Of a stretch of 48,369 nt of DNA, positions 8,171 through 15,932 are shown piece after piece. Position 1 is the stretch's first letter. Every line of letters begins with the position of its first letter. The notes under the pieces are model-generated. The model saw only the letters and a program-made list of their open reading frames with translations, had not been told where the DNA came from and searched no databases. This DNA comes from Oscillospiraceae bacterium UBA6370 (GTDB lineage Bacteria; Bacillota; Clostridia; Oscillospirales; Oscillospiraceae): assembly GCA_002437735.1 (NCBI GenBank), contig DJRC01000081.1:1-48369 (forward strand). The letters run 5' to 3'. Made by a program: the position numbers and the translations under genes.

Positions 8171-9271
8171 ATCAAAAGAATAGGGCACGTCATGGAACAA
8201 ATCGTCGCGGACGACAACGTCCGCCTCGCCATTTTGAAGGTCAACAGCGCGCATCACCAGCACGGCGTCTGCGGCTGGGTACTCCGTACCCTGGACGAGC
8301 GCGTCGAAGAGCTGAAGCGTATCGCGCAGGACCCGAAATGGCAGGCGTCGCCGCCCCGGACATTCGCGTTCTATGACAAAAGCGCCGGCAAATGGCGGGA
8401 CGAAGTATGCGAGCCGCCCATCTGGCCGGACCAATATATCCACCACATGATTGTCCAGGCCCTGGAACCCATATTGATGAAGGGCATGGACCACTGGTGC
8501 TGCGGGAGCATCCCCGGACGCGGCATCAGCCACGGAATGAAGGGGATAAAGCGGTGGCTGAGGGAAGACCCCAAGGGGACCCGCTACGCCGCAGAACTCG
8601 ATATAAAATCGTTCTATCGCAGCATCAACCCACGGTATGTCATACGGTGGCTGGCCCGGAAGATAAAGGACCGCGCAGCCCTGCGTCTAATATGGGCCAT
8701 CATCAAAAACGGCATCAAAATCGGGTACTATATCAGCCAATGGATGGCGAACGCCATGCTTCAACCCTTGGACCACCTTATCCGGGAGAAGCTGGGCGTC
8801 CAACACTTCCTGCGCTACATCGACAACCTGACCCTCTTCGCCAGCAGCAAGAGGAAGCTCCACAAGGCGATAAAGGCCATCAGCAAATGGCTGACCTCCG
8901 TCGGCCTCCGCCTGAAAGAGAACTGGCAGGTTTACCGGGTCAGTGCCCGCATGGTGTCTGCCCTGGGCTACCGCTACAACCACCAGAAGACCCTCCTCCG
9001 CAAGCGGAACCTTCTCCGCCTGAAGCGCCAGCTCGCCCGCGCCTATAAGAAGATAGACGCCGGCCGAAAGCTGGCCGTTTCTATGGCGGCCGGTCTGCTT
9101 TCGAGGCTCGGCCAACTGAAGCATTGCGACAGCCGCGACCTCCGCCGGGCCATCGTTCGGCCTGGACTAATCAAAATCCTGAAAGACGTTGTGCGAGAGC
9201 ACAGCCGCAAAAGAAAGGAGCAAAGCCAAAAATGGAACAGAACACCCGCACCCAGTACAGCTTCGGCGTAA
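8171..9271 (+). CDS. DGR reverse transcriptase (catalytic motif YIDN; probable ATC start at 8171, first ATG at 8192)
   Basis: RT motifs: DQYIHH, CCGSIPGRG, ELDIKSFYRSI, GIKIGYYISQWMAN (DGR-type IG..SQ), FLRYIDNL, GLRLK, LGYRY; immediately downstream of TR. Confidence 0.93.
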   Translation: MKRIGHVMEQIVADDNVRLAILKVNSAHHQHGVCGWVLRTLDERVEELKRIAQDPKWQASPPRTFAFYDKSAGKWRDEVCEPPIWPDQYIHHMIVQALEPILMKGMDHWCCGSIPGRGISHGMKGIKRWLREDPKGTRYAAELDIKSFYRSINPRYVIRWLARKIKDRAALRLIWAIIKNGIKIGYYISQWMANAMLQPLDHLIREKLGVQHFLRYIDNLTLFASSKRKLHKAIKAISKWLTSVGLRLKENWQVYRVSARMVSALGYRYNHQKTLLRKRNLLRLKRQLARAYKKIDAGRKLAVSMAAGLLSRLGQLKHCDSRDLRRAIVRPGLIKILKDVVREHSRKRKEQSQKWNRTPAPSTASA

Positions 9272-9615
9272 TGAAGCTCATGGGCGAAGAGCAGCAGGTC
9301 CTCCGCGTCAAATCTAAGGACCCCATCACCCTCACGCCAGGCCGCTACCATACGGTCACCGAGGAGTTCCCCGACATGACCGTCACCCACAACTTCAAGG
9401 TCGACTACATCGTCGCCGAGGACAGCGACGCCGACGGCTACGTCTATAAGTGGTTCGCCCTCAAAGAGCACCACACCGCCACGGACCGCAGCCCGAAGGC
9501 CATCCAGCTCTCCGAGCAGAACGCCGCCAACCTGGACTACGTCTGCATGATGGCCGGTATCGACCTGCCGACTGAAGACGAACCGCAGCAGAAGGAGGAC
9601 AGCACCGATGAATGA
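9232..9615 (+). CDS. Phage tail-associated hypothetical protein (XkdW-like position)
   Basis: SD GAAAGGAG at 9213-9220, ATG 9232; C-terminal NAANLDYVCMMAGIDL; overlaps the RT end by 40 nt. Confidence 0.7.
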   Translation: MEQNTRTQYSFGVMKLMGEEQQVLRVKSKDPITLTPGRYHTVTEEFPDMTVTHNFKVDYIVAEDSDADGYVYKWFALKEHHTATDRSPKAIQLSEQNAANLDYVCMMAGIDLPTEDEPQQKEDSTDE

Positions 9616-9769
9616 GCACAGCCCGAAGTTTGAGCGCGTAAAGCGCTACTACGACACCGGCCTCTGGAACGCGGCGATGGTACGCAACGCCACGAAGAAC
9701 CCGAAGGCCTCTCCGTGGATTACCGAGGCCGAGGCCGAGGAAATTCTGTCCGGCGGCGCCAATGAGTAA
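9608..9769 (+). CDS. XkdX family protein (53 aa; not in ORF track)
   Basis: Translates as MNEHSPKFERVKRYYDTGLWNAAMVRNA...WITEAEAEEIL, matching the XkdX pattern K.YY..GLW...V......IT..E..EI. Confidence 0.85.
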   Translation: MNEHSPKFERVKRYYDTGLWNAAMVRNATKNPKASPWITEAEAEEILSGGANE

Positions 9770-9941
9770 CCTTCAGATGATAGAAGCGCTCTGCACCCTC
9801 TGCGAGGAGCAGAACCGCGTCCTGAAGGCCATGGCCCGGCGCCTCGGCGAGCTGGGCGACACCGCCCTCACCGACGAGATCGCTGCGGCCGACGAGCGCT
9901 ACCGCCAAATCATCGGGTCCAACGAATTCCTGGACCCGTAA
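9762..9941 (+). CDS. Small hypothetical phage protein (59 aa; not in ORF track)
   Basis: MSNLQMIEALCTLCEEQNRVLKAMARRLGELGD...; overlaps the XkdX stop; codon usage matches neighbours. Confidence 0.65.
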   Translation: MSNLQMIEALCTLCEEQNRVLKAMARRLGELGDTALTDEIAAADERYRQIIGSNEFLDP

Positions 9942-9945
9942 CCGA

Positions 9946-9976
9946 AGCCGCCCTCTCCGCGAGGGCGGCTATTTCT
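9946..9976 (+). terminator. Stem-loop ending the tail operon
   Basis: agccgccctc-tccgc-gagggcggct followed by a weak T tract (atttct). Confidence 0.6.
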
Positions 9977-9996
9977 ATGCAAAGGAGGGAGCCAAC

Positions 9997-10395
9997 ACGG
10001 GAAGAAAATACACCCCGAAGCACCTGGCGGACACCTACGACCAGGCAAAGCGCAAACTCGAACTGCGCTATGAGCGGAAGGAGCTGAAGCGCAAAGAGCG
10101 CATGAAAAGCTCCTCGCTCCTCTGGCTGTGGGAATTCAGCAAGAAGGCGGTCCGCATCTGCATGACCATCTACGTCCTCGTCATCGCCTACGCCATGACG
10201 GCCATGTGGACCCGGAACGATTTCACCTACCTGGGGACGCTCATCGAGCAGACCAGCGACATCCTGAAGGTCTGCGTCTTCGGCTACCTCATCAAGGCCG
10301 GCGCCGAGAACGTCGTCCGCATCCGCACCTCGCCGCAGGCCCCGGAAGAGGACCCGCAGCCGCAGGAGGACGACGGCCCCGTCGTGCCGCAGTAA
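9997..10395 (+). CDS. Lysis-module membrane protein (holin-like); probable ACG start at 9997, first ATG at 10102
   Basis: Two hydrophobic segments with EFSKK...KAGAEN; frame is open back to an ACG placed just after SD AAGGAGG. Confidence 0.65.
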   Translation, partial: TGRKYTPKHLADTYDQAKRKLELRYERKELKRKERMKSSSLLWLWEFSKKAVRICMTIYVLVIAYAMTAMWTRNDFTYLGTLIEQTSDILKVCVFGYLIKAGAENVVRIRTSPQAPEEDPQPQEDDGPVVPQ

Positions 10396-10416
10396 CAAAG
10401 AAGGAGGAACCACAAA

Positions 10417-11340
10417 ATGACCGAAAACCAACTCCGCGCCAAAGTAGTCACAGCGGCAAAAGGCTGGTACGGGTGCAAAGAGGCCGACGGGAGCCACAAG
10501 CCCATCATCGACCTCTACAACACCCAGAAACCGCTCCCCCGCGGCTACAAGATGAAATACACCGACGCCTGGTGCTCGACCTTCGCCAGCGCCGTCGCCA
10601 TTAAGGCCGGCATGACCGACATCATCCCGACCGAGTGCGGCTGCGAGGCCCATATCAAGCGCTTCAAGGCCATGGGAGCCTGGCAGGAGGACGACACCTA
10701 TGTCCCGAAGCCCGGCGACTATATCTTCTATGACTGGCAGGACAACGGCGTCGGCGACTGCACCGGCGCAGCGGACCATGTCGGCATCGTCGTCGAAGTG
10801 AACGGGACCACCATCACCGTCATCGAAGGCAACATGAACGACGCCGTCGGCTACCGCCGCATCGCCGTCAACGGCCGCTATATCCGCGGCTACGGTGTCC
10901 CCAACTACGCCAAGAAGGCCGCGGGCGGCAAGCAGACCGACGAAGGAACGGGCAACACCAAGGACACGACCCCGTCCGGCACCTACGCCGTGGGCGATAC
11001 TGTCCAATTCCTCGGTGGCCCGCACTACACCAACGCCGTCGCCGCCAAAGCCGCCGGGAAACCGAGCGCAGGCCCGGCCCGCATCACGGCCATCAAGAAG
11101 GGCACCGCGCACCCCTATCACGTTGTCCACACCACCAGCGCCTCCGGCGTCTACGGCTGGGTCGATGCCGCGAGCATCGCCGCCGCGGCCGGCGAACAGA
11201 CCTACACCGTCGTTTCCGGCGACACCCTTTCGGCCATCGCCCGGAAGTACGGCACCACCGTCAAGAAGCTCGCCGCCTACAACGGCATTTCCAACCCCAA
11301 CATCATCCGGGTCGGCCAGACCCTCCGCATCCCTAAGTAA
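10417..11340 (+). CDS. Endolysin: CHAP + SH3-like + LysM
   Basis: CHAP motifs [27 protein letters not shown]-terminal [19 protein letters not shown]...[14 protein letters not shown]. Confidence 0.93.
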   Translation: MTENQLRAKVVTAAKGWYGCKEADGSHKPIIDLYNTQKPLPRGYKMKYTDAWCSTFASAVAIKAGMTDIIPTECGCEAHIKRFKAMGAWQEDDTYVPKPGDYIFYDWQDNGVGDCTGAADHVGIVVEVNGTTITVIEGNMNDAVGYRRIAVNGRYIRGYGVPNYAKKAAGGKQTDEGTGNTKDTTPSGTYAVGDTVQFLGGPHYTNAVAAKAAGKPSAGPARITAIKKGTAHPYHVVHTTSASGVYGWVDAASIAAAAGEQTYTVVSGDTLSAIARKYGTTVKKLAAYNGISNPNIIRVGQTLRIPK

Positions 11341-11357
11341 GGAGAAAGGAGGACGCC

Positions 11358-11651
11358 ATGAGTGAAAGCATCGAAATTCAGTTGACGCGCATCGACGAGC
11401 GCAGCAAGCGCAACGAGGGGCGCATCAAGCTCCTGGAAGAGAACCAGGAGACCCTTCACAAGCTGGTGACGAGCGTCGAGCTTATCGCCAAGAGCCAAGA
11501 GCGCATCGAGGGGACCGTCGGAGAGCTGACCGGGAAGGTCGAAAACCTGGAGCAGGCCGACGGAAAGAAGTGGCGGGCCGTCGTAGAGAAGGTCGTCACC
11601 GTCATCGTTGCCGGCATCATCGGCTATATGCTCGCCCACGTCGGGTTTTAA
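11358..11651 (+). CDS. Coiled-coil protein with C-terminal TM helix (XhlA-like lysis-associated)
   Basis: SD AGGAGG; heptad region followed by KWRAVVEKVVTVIVAGIIGYML. Confidence 0.75.
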   Translation: MSESIEIQLTRIDERSKRNEGRIKLLEENQETLHKLVTSVELIAKSQERIEGTVGELTGKVENLEQADGKKWRAVVEKVVTVIVAGIIGYMLAHVGF

Positions 11652-11670
11652 GAAAAAGGAGTGATACCCT

Positions 11671-12189
11671 ATGGACATTTCCACCATCATCGGGACCTTC
11701 GCCAACGCGCTTATCGCCGCGGCCGCGACCGCTACGGCCGCGCTTGTCGCCTACGGCATCCGTCGCCTGGCGGAGTACCTGAAGAACCGCACCACCAGTG
11801 CAGACGCCAAGCGCTTCATCGACGAGGCGAGCGACGCCATCAGCGCCGCCGTTGCGGCCACCTCGCAGACCTATGTCGACGCCCTGAAGGCTGCCGGAAA
11901 CTTCACCAAGGAGAACCAGGAAAAGGCCGCAGAGGCCGCCCTGGAGACCGCCAAGAGCCTTCTCGCAAAGGACGCCGCCGACTTCATCGCCGGCGCATAC
12001 GGGAGCCTGGACGCCTACCTGAAGCCCAAAATCGAAGCCGAGGTCCGCAGTCAGAAGGCCCTCCAGCCTGCCGCCAAGACGACCAAGGCCACGGAGGAGA
12101 CCACCACCGTCGCCGCTACTACCGCCGCCGCTACTGCGGCCGCCGTGGCCCAGCGGGCCATCATGCAGCAGCCTGAAGACACCAAGTAA
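11671..12189 (+). CDS. Putative holin (LL-H-like)
   Basis: Single N-terminal TM helix; AV.ATSQTYVDALK...KIEAEV pattern; lysis cassette position. Confidence 0.75.
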   Translation: MDISTIIGTFANALIAAAATATAALVAYGIRRLAEYLKNRTTSADAKRFIDEASDAISAAVAATSQTYVDALKAAGNFTKENQEKAAEAALETAKSLLAKDAADFIAGAYGSLDAYLKPKIEAEVRSQKALQPAAKTTKATEETTTVAATTAAATAAAVAQRAIMQQPEDTK

Positions 12190-12207
12190 AATCTCGCCTT
12201 TCTGCAC

Positions 12208-12250
12208 AAAGACCGCCGAGTGAGTTTGTATATCATTCGGCGGTCTTTCT
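12208..12250 (+). terminator. Terminator after lysis cassette
   Basis: aaagaccgccga ... tcggcggtcttt inverted repeat. Confidence 0.75.
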
Positions 12251-12252
12251 CC

Positions 12253-12316
12253 TTGCTTATTAACCAACGCCGGTATATTATTGCGTCACAACGAACGAAT
12301 AACCAACGGCAGTTAA
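12253..12316 (+). promoter_or_regulatory. SigmaA-type promoter with repeated operator-like motif
   Basis: TTGCTT(12253)-17 nt-TATTAT(12276); TAACCAACG at 12261 and 12300. Confidence 0.6.
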
Positions 12317-12330
12317 TGGAGGACACCGAA

Positions 12331-12540
12331 ATGAAAAAGCTGACCCTTAACACCATGCGCGAAGGCTACGGCATCGACCAGATCCGCGAGACCATGACGG
12401 TCGGCGAGCTGATGAATTTCCTTGCACAGTACGACGAAGACACGCCAGTCTTCCTGAGCTTCGACGGCGGCTACACCTACGGCGGCATCACCGAGCAGCG
12501 CTTCGAGGAAGACTACGGCACCGAAGAGGAGGAGAACTGA
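12331..12540 (+). CDS. Hypothetical phage protein
   Basis: SD GGAGG; TMTVGELMNFLAQYDEDTPV...GYTYG. Confidence 0.75.
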   Translation: MKKLTLNTMREGYGIDQIRETMTVGELMNFLAQYDEDTPVFLSFDGGYTYGGITEQRFEEDYGTEEEEN

Positions 12541-12542
12541 AC

Positions 12543-13046
12543 ATGACGACCAAAGAGCAGGAGCGCAACGCGCTCGCCAAGATTATGAAAATCGTCGCCG
12601 ACCTCGGCGAGGGCAGCTACATCGCAACAGCCTTTGAAGGCTGCTTCGAGATTGCCCGCGAGAACATCGACAACGACTGGGCCTGCTCCATGAAGCAGAA
12701 AGCCGAGAGCGCAGAGGAGAAGCGCATCGAGGCCGAACTCGGCTACAACCGCCTCGTTGACAAGCTCGCGGAGAGCGAGAAGGCCGTCGCGGAACTCCGG
12801 GAGCGTACCCTTTCCGCGGACGACATCGCTGACCTCTCCAAGCTCCTCACCGAAAAGGTCCTCTACCTCGGCAACGAGGTCAGCAGCGACGCCGAGCGCA
12901 TCGTCGAAGCCGCGGACCGGCCGGACAGCGCGGAATTTCGGAGCGCCGTCAAGGACCACCGCACGGTCAAGGCGGGAATGACCCGATACACCGCCCTCCT
13001 CGCCAGAGTGAACGCCATCAGAAAGAAAGACCAGACGCCGGAATAA
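12543..13046 (+). CDS. Hypothetical coiled-coil phage protein
   Basis: SD GGAG; packed against the previous gene; phage-like codons. Confidence 0.75.
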   Translation: MTTKEQERNALAKIMKIVADLGEGSYIATAFEGCFEIARENIDNDWACSMKQKAESAEEKRIEAELGYNRLVDKLAESEKAVAELRERTLSADDIADLSKLLTEKVLYLGNEVSSDAERIVEAADRPDSAEFRSAVKDHRTVKAGMTRYTALLARVNAIRKKDQTPE

Positions 13047-13089
13047 TAAGCAGCCCGCCCCGGAGGAACGAAGGCAGAAAGGACCAGAT

Positions 13090-13284
13090 ATGACCTATAC
13101 TGAAATTCTTGAATGGGCCAGAAGAGGCATCAAGGCTGAACAGGCCCGCATCCGAGAGATGCAGGAGAAAGCCCTGGAGGGCCAGGCCCTCCCCCTCGCC
13201 CGGCAGGCGCAGGACGCCATCGACAAGCTGGACGTCCACCTCGCAACCCTCGACGAAATCCAGGAACTGCACGACAGAAAGTGA
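13090..13284 (+). CDS. Hypothetical phage protein
   Basis: SD AAGGA; short helical protein. Confidence 0.7.
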   Translation: MTYTEILEWARRGIKAEQARIREMQEKALEGQALPLARQAQDAIDKLDVHLATLDEIQELHDRK

Positions 13285-13295
13285 AGGAGAAGCAC

Positions 13296-13826
13296 ATGAA
13301 AATCATCACCGCTGAGACCAAGGTCGTCTACACCATCGAATACACCTTCGAGGACTACAAGGCCGCCCGCGAGACCTACCTGAAGGACCCCGCCCTGAAG
13401 CGGCGCTATCCCCGCGCCTTCTGCGAGTTTCATAGAGACCCGGAGGACGAGACCGGCGAACTTGCCTTCGTTTCCCTCTCCGTCATCACGTCGCGCCGCA
13501 GCGCCCCCAACGATACCTTCTCTGCGATGGCCCGTATCTGGGGTTATGACGGCTGGCAGAACTGCGGCTTTTACGACGAGAAGACCGGCAAGCGCCAGAT
13601 GACGGTCTACCACAGGACCGAGGCGCAGGAGCAGAAGAGCGCCGTCGAACAGCTTCACGACCGCTATGGCTGGCCCCTGAAAATTCACGCCAGAGGGTGC
13701 GACGCCTACCTCGTCGGCGCCCAACCCCTAAACGAAGGCGACCCAGAGCCGATATACCGCTTCCCCGGAGGCGACAGCCTCGTCGATAAGGCCGAGCTAA
13801 GAGTGGCCGGGAGGAACGAGGAATGA
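13296..13826 (+). CDS. Hypothetical phage protein
   Basis: SD AAGGAG before ATG 13296 (alternative GTG at 13281); ATGA-coupled to the next gene. Confidence 0.7.
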   Translation: MKIITAETKVVYTIEYTFEDYKAARETYLKDPALKRRYPRAFCEFHRDPEDETGELAFVSLSVITSRRSAPNDTFSAMARIWGYDGWQNCGFYDEKTGKRQMTVYHRTEAQEQKSAVEQLHDRYGWPLKIHARGCDAYLVGAQPLNEGDPEPIYRFPGGDSLVDKAELRVAGRNEE

Positions 13827-14101
13827 CGCAGCTCCACATGAGGCAGTTTAACGGGATGACCTTCGGCATGGAGGCACAGAACCCGGCGGCCCTTAGGACC
13901 CTGAAAAAGAAGGTTTACTATGCCGAGATAATCCCGAATGGCCGATGCCTCCCCGTAAAGCGCCAGTGCGTCGCGGCCGAGTACGTCGCCGCGGTCATGG
14001 GCCGGGCGGCCTGGCTCGTCGCCGAAAGCCATTTGATGGAAACCGTAAGTTGGGACGACAGCGGCGACATCTACATCATCTACAAGGAGGACCTGAAATG
14101 A
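13823..14101 (+). CDS. Hypothetical phage protein
   Basis: ATGA overlaps on both sides. Confidence 0.65.
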   Translation: MTQLHMRQFNGMTFGMEAQNPAALRTLKKKVYYAEIIPNGRCLPVKRQCVAAEYVAAVMGRAAWLVAESHLMETVSWDDSGDIYIIYKEDLK

Positions 14102-14625
14102 AGCGCCTGAAGAACGAGAACATCCGCCTGAAGGACGGCACGGCCGCCACCCTCTCGACCGCGCAACTCCCGGACGGAAGCTATGAGACCATGCTCTACT
14201 GCGGCCCGGCCATGACCGAGCTGGCCGTCGTCCAGAGCGACACCGAGGCGGCGGCCCTCGCCGCCCACAAAGACATCAAGGCCAACTACCACGTCGAGGC
14301 CCCGGCCGGGAAGTATAAGGACCTGGCAGACTGCCTGCGAGCGGCCAAAGAATACGCCCTCGCGCACAGAGGGAGCGACGACGGCGGCACCTGCAACTTC
14401 GACGCGCCGACCATCGCCCTCCCTGGCTGGGAAAAGGCGAAGGTCGAAGCCGCGGCCGCGGAGGCCGGAACCGGCTGCTTCGTCTGGAACGCCTTCGGCG
14501 GCAGGCTCTTCGTTTTCCCCATCGGCGGAGGCCAGGGCAACGCCCGGACCAAGGCCGCCGAGATTGCCCGCGACTTCCTCCAGGCCGCAGGCTTCAACGC
14601 CGGGATGTACTACCAGATGGACTGA
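14098..14625 (+). CDS. Hypothetical phage protein (DGGTCNFD motif)
   Basis: SD AAGGAGG, ATG 14098; in frame with ORF 13945-14625. Confidence 0.7.
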   Translation: MKRLKNENIRLKDGTAATLSTAQLPDGSYETMLYCGPAMTELAVVQSDTEAAALAAHKDIKANYHVEAPAGKYKDLADCLRAAKEYALAHRGSDDGGTCNFDAPTIALPGWEKAKVEAAAAEAGTGCFVWNAFGGRLFVFPIGGGQGNARTKAAEIARDFLQAAGFNAGMYYQMD

Positions 14626-14641
14626 CAAGGAAGGGGCTGAA

Positions 14642-14854
14642 ATGATAGACTACCAAGCCATCATCGCGCAGCTCCAGGAGGAGCGCCGCGCTGTCTGGGC
14701 CTACCGCTACGGAGGCATGGTCCCGGCCTACTACTGCACTGCCCTGCGGGCCGCCATAGCGGCCCTGGAGGAGTGCGAAGCCTGCCGAAGCGCCGCAGAC
14801 CAGGCGGCAGAAGAACGGACGAAGGGAGCAGCGGAAAGTGAAGTTATGCGATAG
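14642..14854 (+). CDS. Hypothetical phage protein
   Basis: SD-like AAGGGG, ATG 14642. Confidence 0.55.
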   Translation: MIDYQAIIAQLQEERRAVWAYRYGGMVPAYYCTALRAAIAALEECEACRSAADQAAEERTKGAAESEVMR

Positions 14855-15083
14855 GTGCCGGGTGCCCGGCTGCCTGCTGAACTACGGCGGGAAAGCCTGC
14901 CAAAACGCCAGGAAGCAGGAATGCCCGGACGTAATTTTTACCCGCGCAGACAAAATCAGAGAGATGGAGGACGAGGAGCTGGCAGACTTCCTCGCGTACA
15001 CCTGGGCCATCAAAGCCAAAGCCTGGCACACAGACGGCGGCGAGGTCCTGGCATGGCTCAAAGAACCGGAGGAGGAGCTATGA
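14838..15083 (+). CDS. Small Cys-rich phage protein
   Basis: CDRC..PGC...; TRADKIREMEDEELADFL...WLKEP pattern. Confidence 0.7.
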   Translation: MKLCDRCRVPGCLLNYGGKACQNARKQECPDVIFTRADKIREMEDEELADFLAYTWAIKAKAWHTDGGEVLAWLKEPEEEL

Positions 15084-15256
15084 AGAGCACAGGAACCCCG
15101 TGCCGGAACTGCCTGCACAGCAAGCGACAGACCTGGGAGCACCCATGTTGCGACTGCATGAGCGACGAGGACATCGCCCTCGCCCACATGAACCCAAACC
15201 ACCCGGTCGACTTCGTCCACTACGAACCGAAGGAGGACCCCTATGACAGAACGTGA
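15080..15256 (+). CDS. Small Cys-rich phage protein
   Basis: SD GGAGGAG, ATGA overlap; CRNC...PCCDC. Confidence 0.65.
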   Translation: MKSTGTPCRNCLHSKRQTWEHPCCDCMSDEDIALAHMNPNHPVDFVHYEPKEDPYDRT

Positions 15257-15785
15257 ACGCCTGATAGAGAAGCTGATGAAGACCAAGGCTCTCGCCGAGC
15301 GCGGCGTCGGAGGAGAGCGCGAGAACGCCGAGCGCATCCTCACGGCCATGCTCCAGAAGTACAGTATCAGCCTCGATGACCTGGAGAGCGAAGAGGAAAC
15401 GACCCACTGGCTCACCTTCAAGACGGACCTGGAGCGCCGCCTCCTCCATCAGCTCGCCTACAAATACTGCGGCAGCGGCCACGCTTACGGCTGCATCGGC
15501 AAGTACACCAACCGGCCCAGGAAGAAGGTCGGCATCGACTGCACCAACGCCATCTACATCGAAATCGAGGCCGACTTCGATATGTACCGCCGGGCACTGG
15601 AAGAAGACCTCGAAATCTTCTACTCCGCCTTTATAGCGAAGAACAACATATACCCGCCCCCGGAGCTGGCCGGAGACCTGGATGACGACGGCGACGTGGA
15701 CTATGAGCGCCAGATGAAGGTGGCGGCCATGGCCAAGGGCATCGAGCGCAGGACGCGCAACAAAGCCCTCCCATCAGGGGAATAA
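15243..15785 (+). CDS. DUF2786-like domain protein
   Basis: LIEKLMKTKALAERGVGGERENA..L..MLQKYSI N-terminal pattern. Confidence 0.75.
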   Translation: MTERERLIEKLMKTKALAERGVGGERENAERILTAMLQKYSISLDDLESEEETTHWLTFKTDLERRLLHQLAYKYCGSGHAYGCIGKYTNRPRKKVGIDCTNAIYIEIEADFDMYRRALEEDLEIFYSAFIAKNNIYPPPELAGDLDDDGDVDYERQMKVAAMAKGIERRTRNKALPSGE

Positions 15786-15790
15786 AAGCG

Positions 15791-15910
15791 AAGCACCGGT
15801 CAAGCACTGTACTTGCACCAGACAAGCACCGTACTCGCACAGTACAAGCCCAGCCCATTACCCATTACTATTAACCCATTACCCATTACTGGAACCCGTA
15901 GTTATCCACA
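15791..15910 (+). repeat. Origin-like element: five 11-bp tandem repeats, four CCCATTA heptamers, DnaA box
   Basis: aagcaccggtc/aagcactgtac/ttgcaccagac/aagcaccgtac/tcgcacagtac (15791-15845); CCCATTACCCATTACT at 15854 and 15875; TTATCCACA at 15902-15910. Confidence 0.75.
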
Positions 15911-15932
15911 GCGCGGGAGGAAGGAGCCGAAA

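Noticed and set aside
7855..8376. 173-aa ORF spanning TR as a second target gene
   Set aside because: It is open because TR mirrors the VR frame; TTG start without SD, and it runs out of frame into the RT.
8171..9271. RT as group II intron, retron or Abi RT
   Set aside because: No maturase/endonuclease extension or retron VTG motif; the IG..SQ motif and adjacent TR/VR pair indicate a DGR.
15791..15890. Repeats as a mini-CRISPR array or as an N-terminal extension of the ARH protein
   Set aside because: The units are 7-11 bp and contiguous, without spacers; ARH has its own SD and ATG at 15933.
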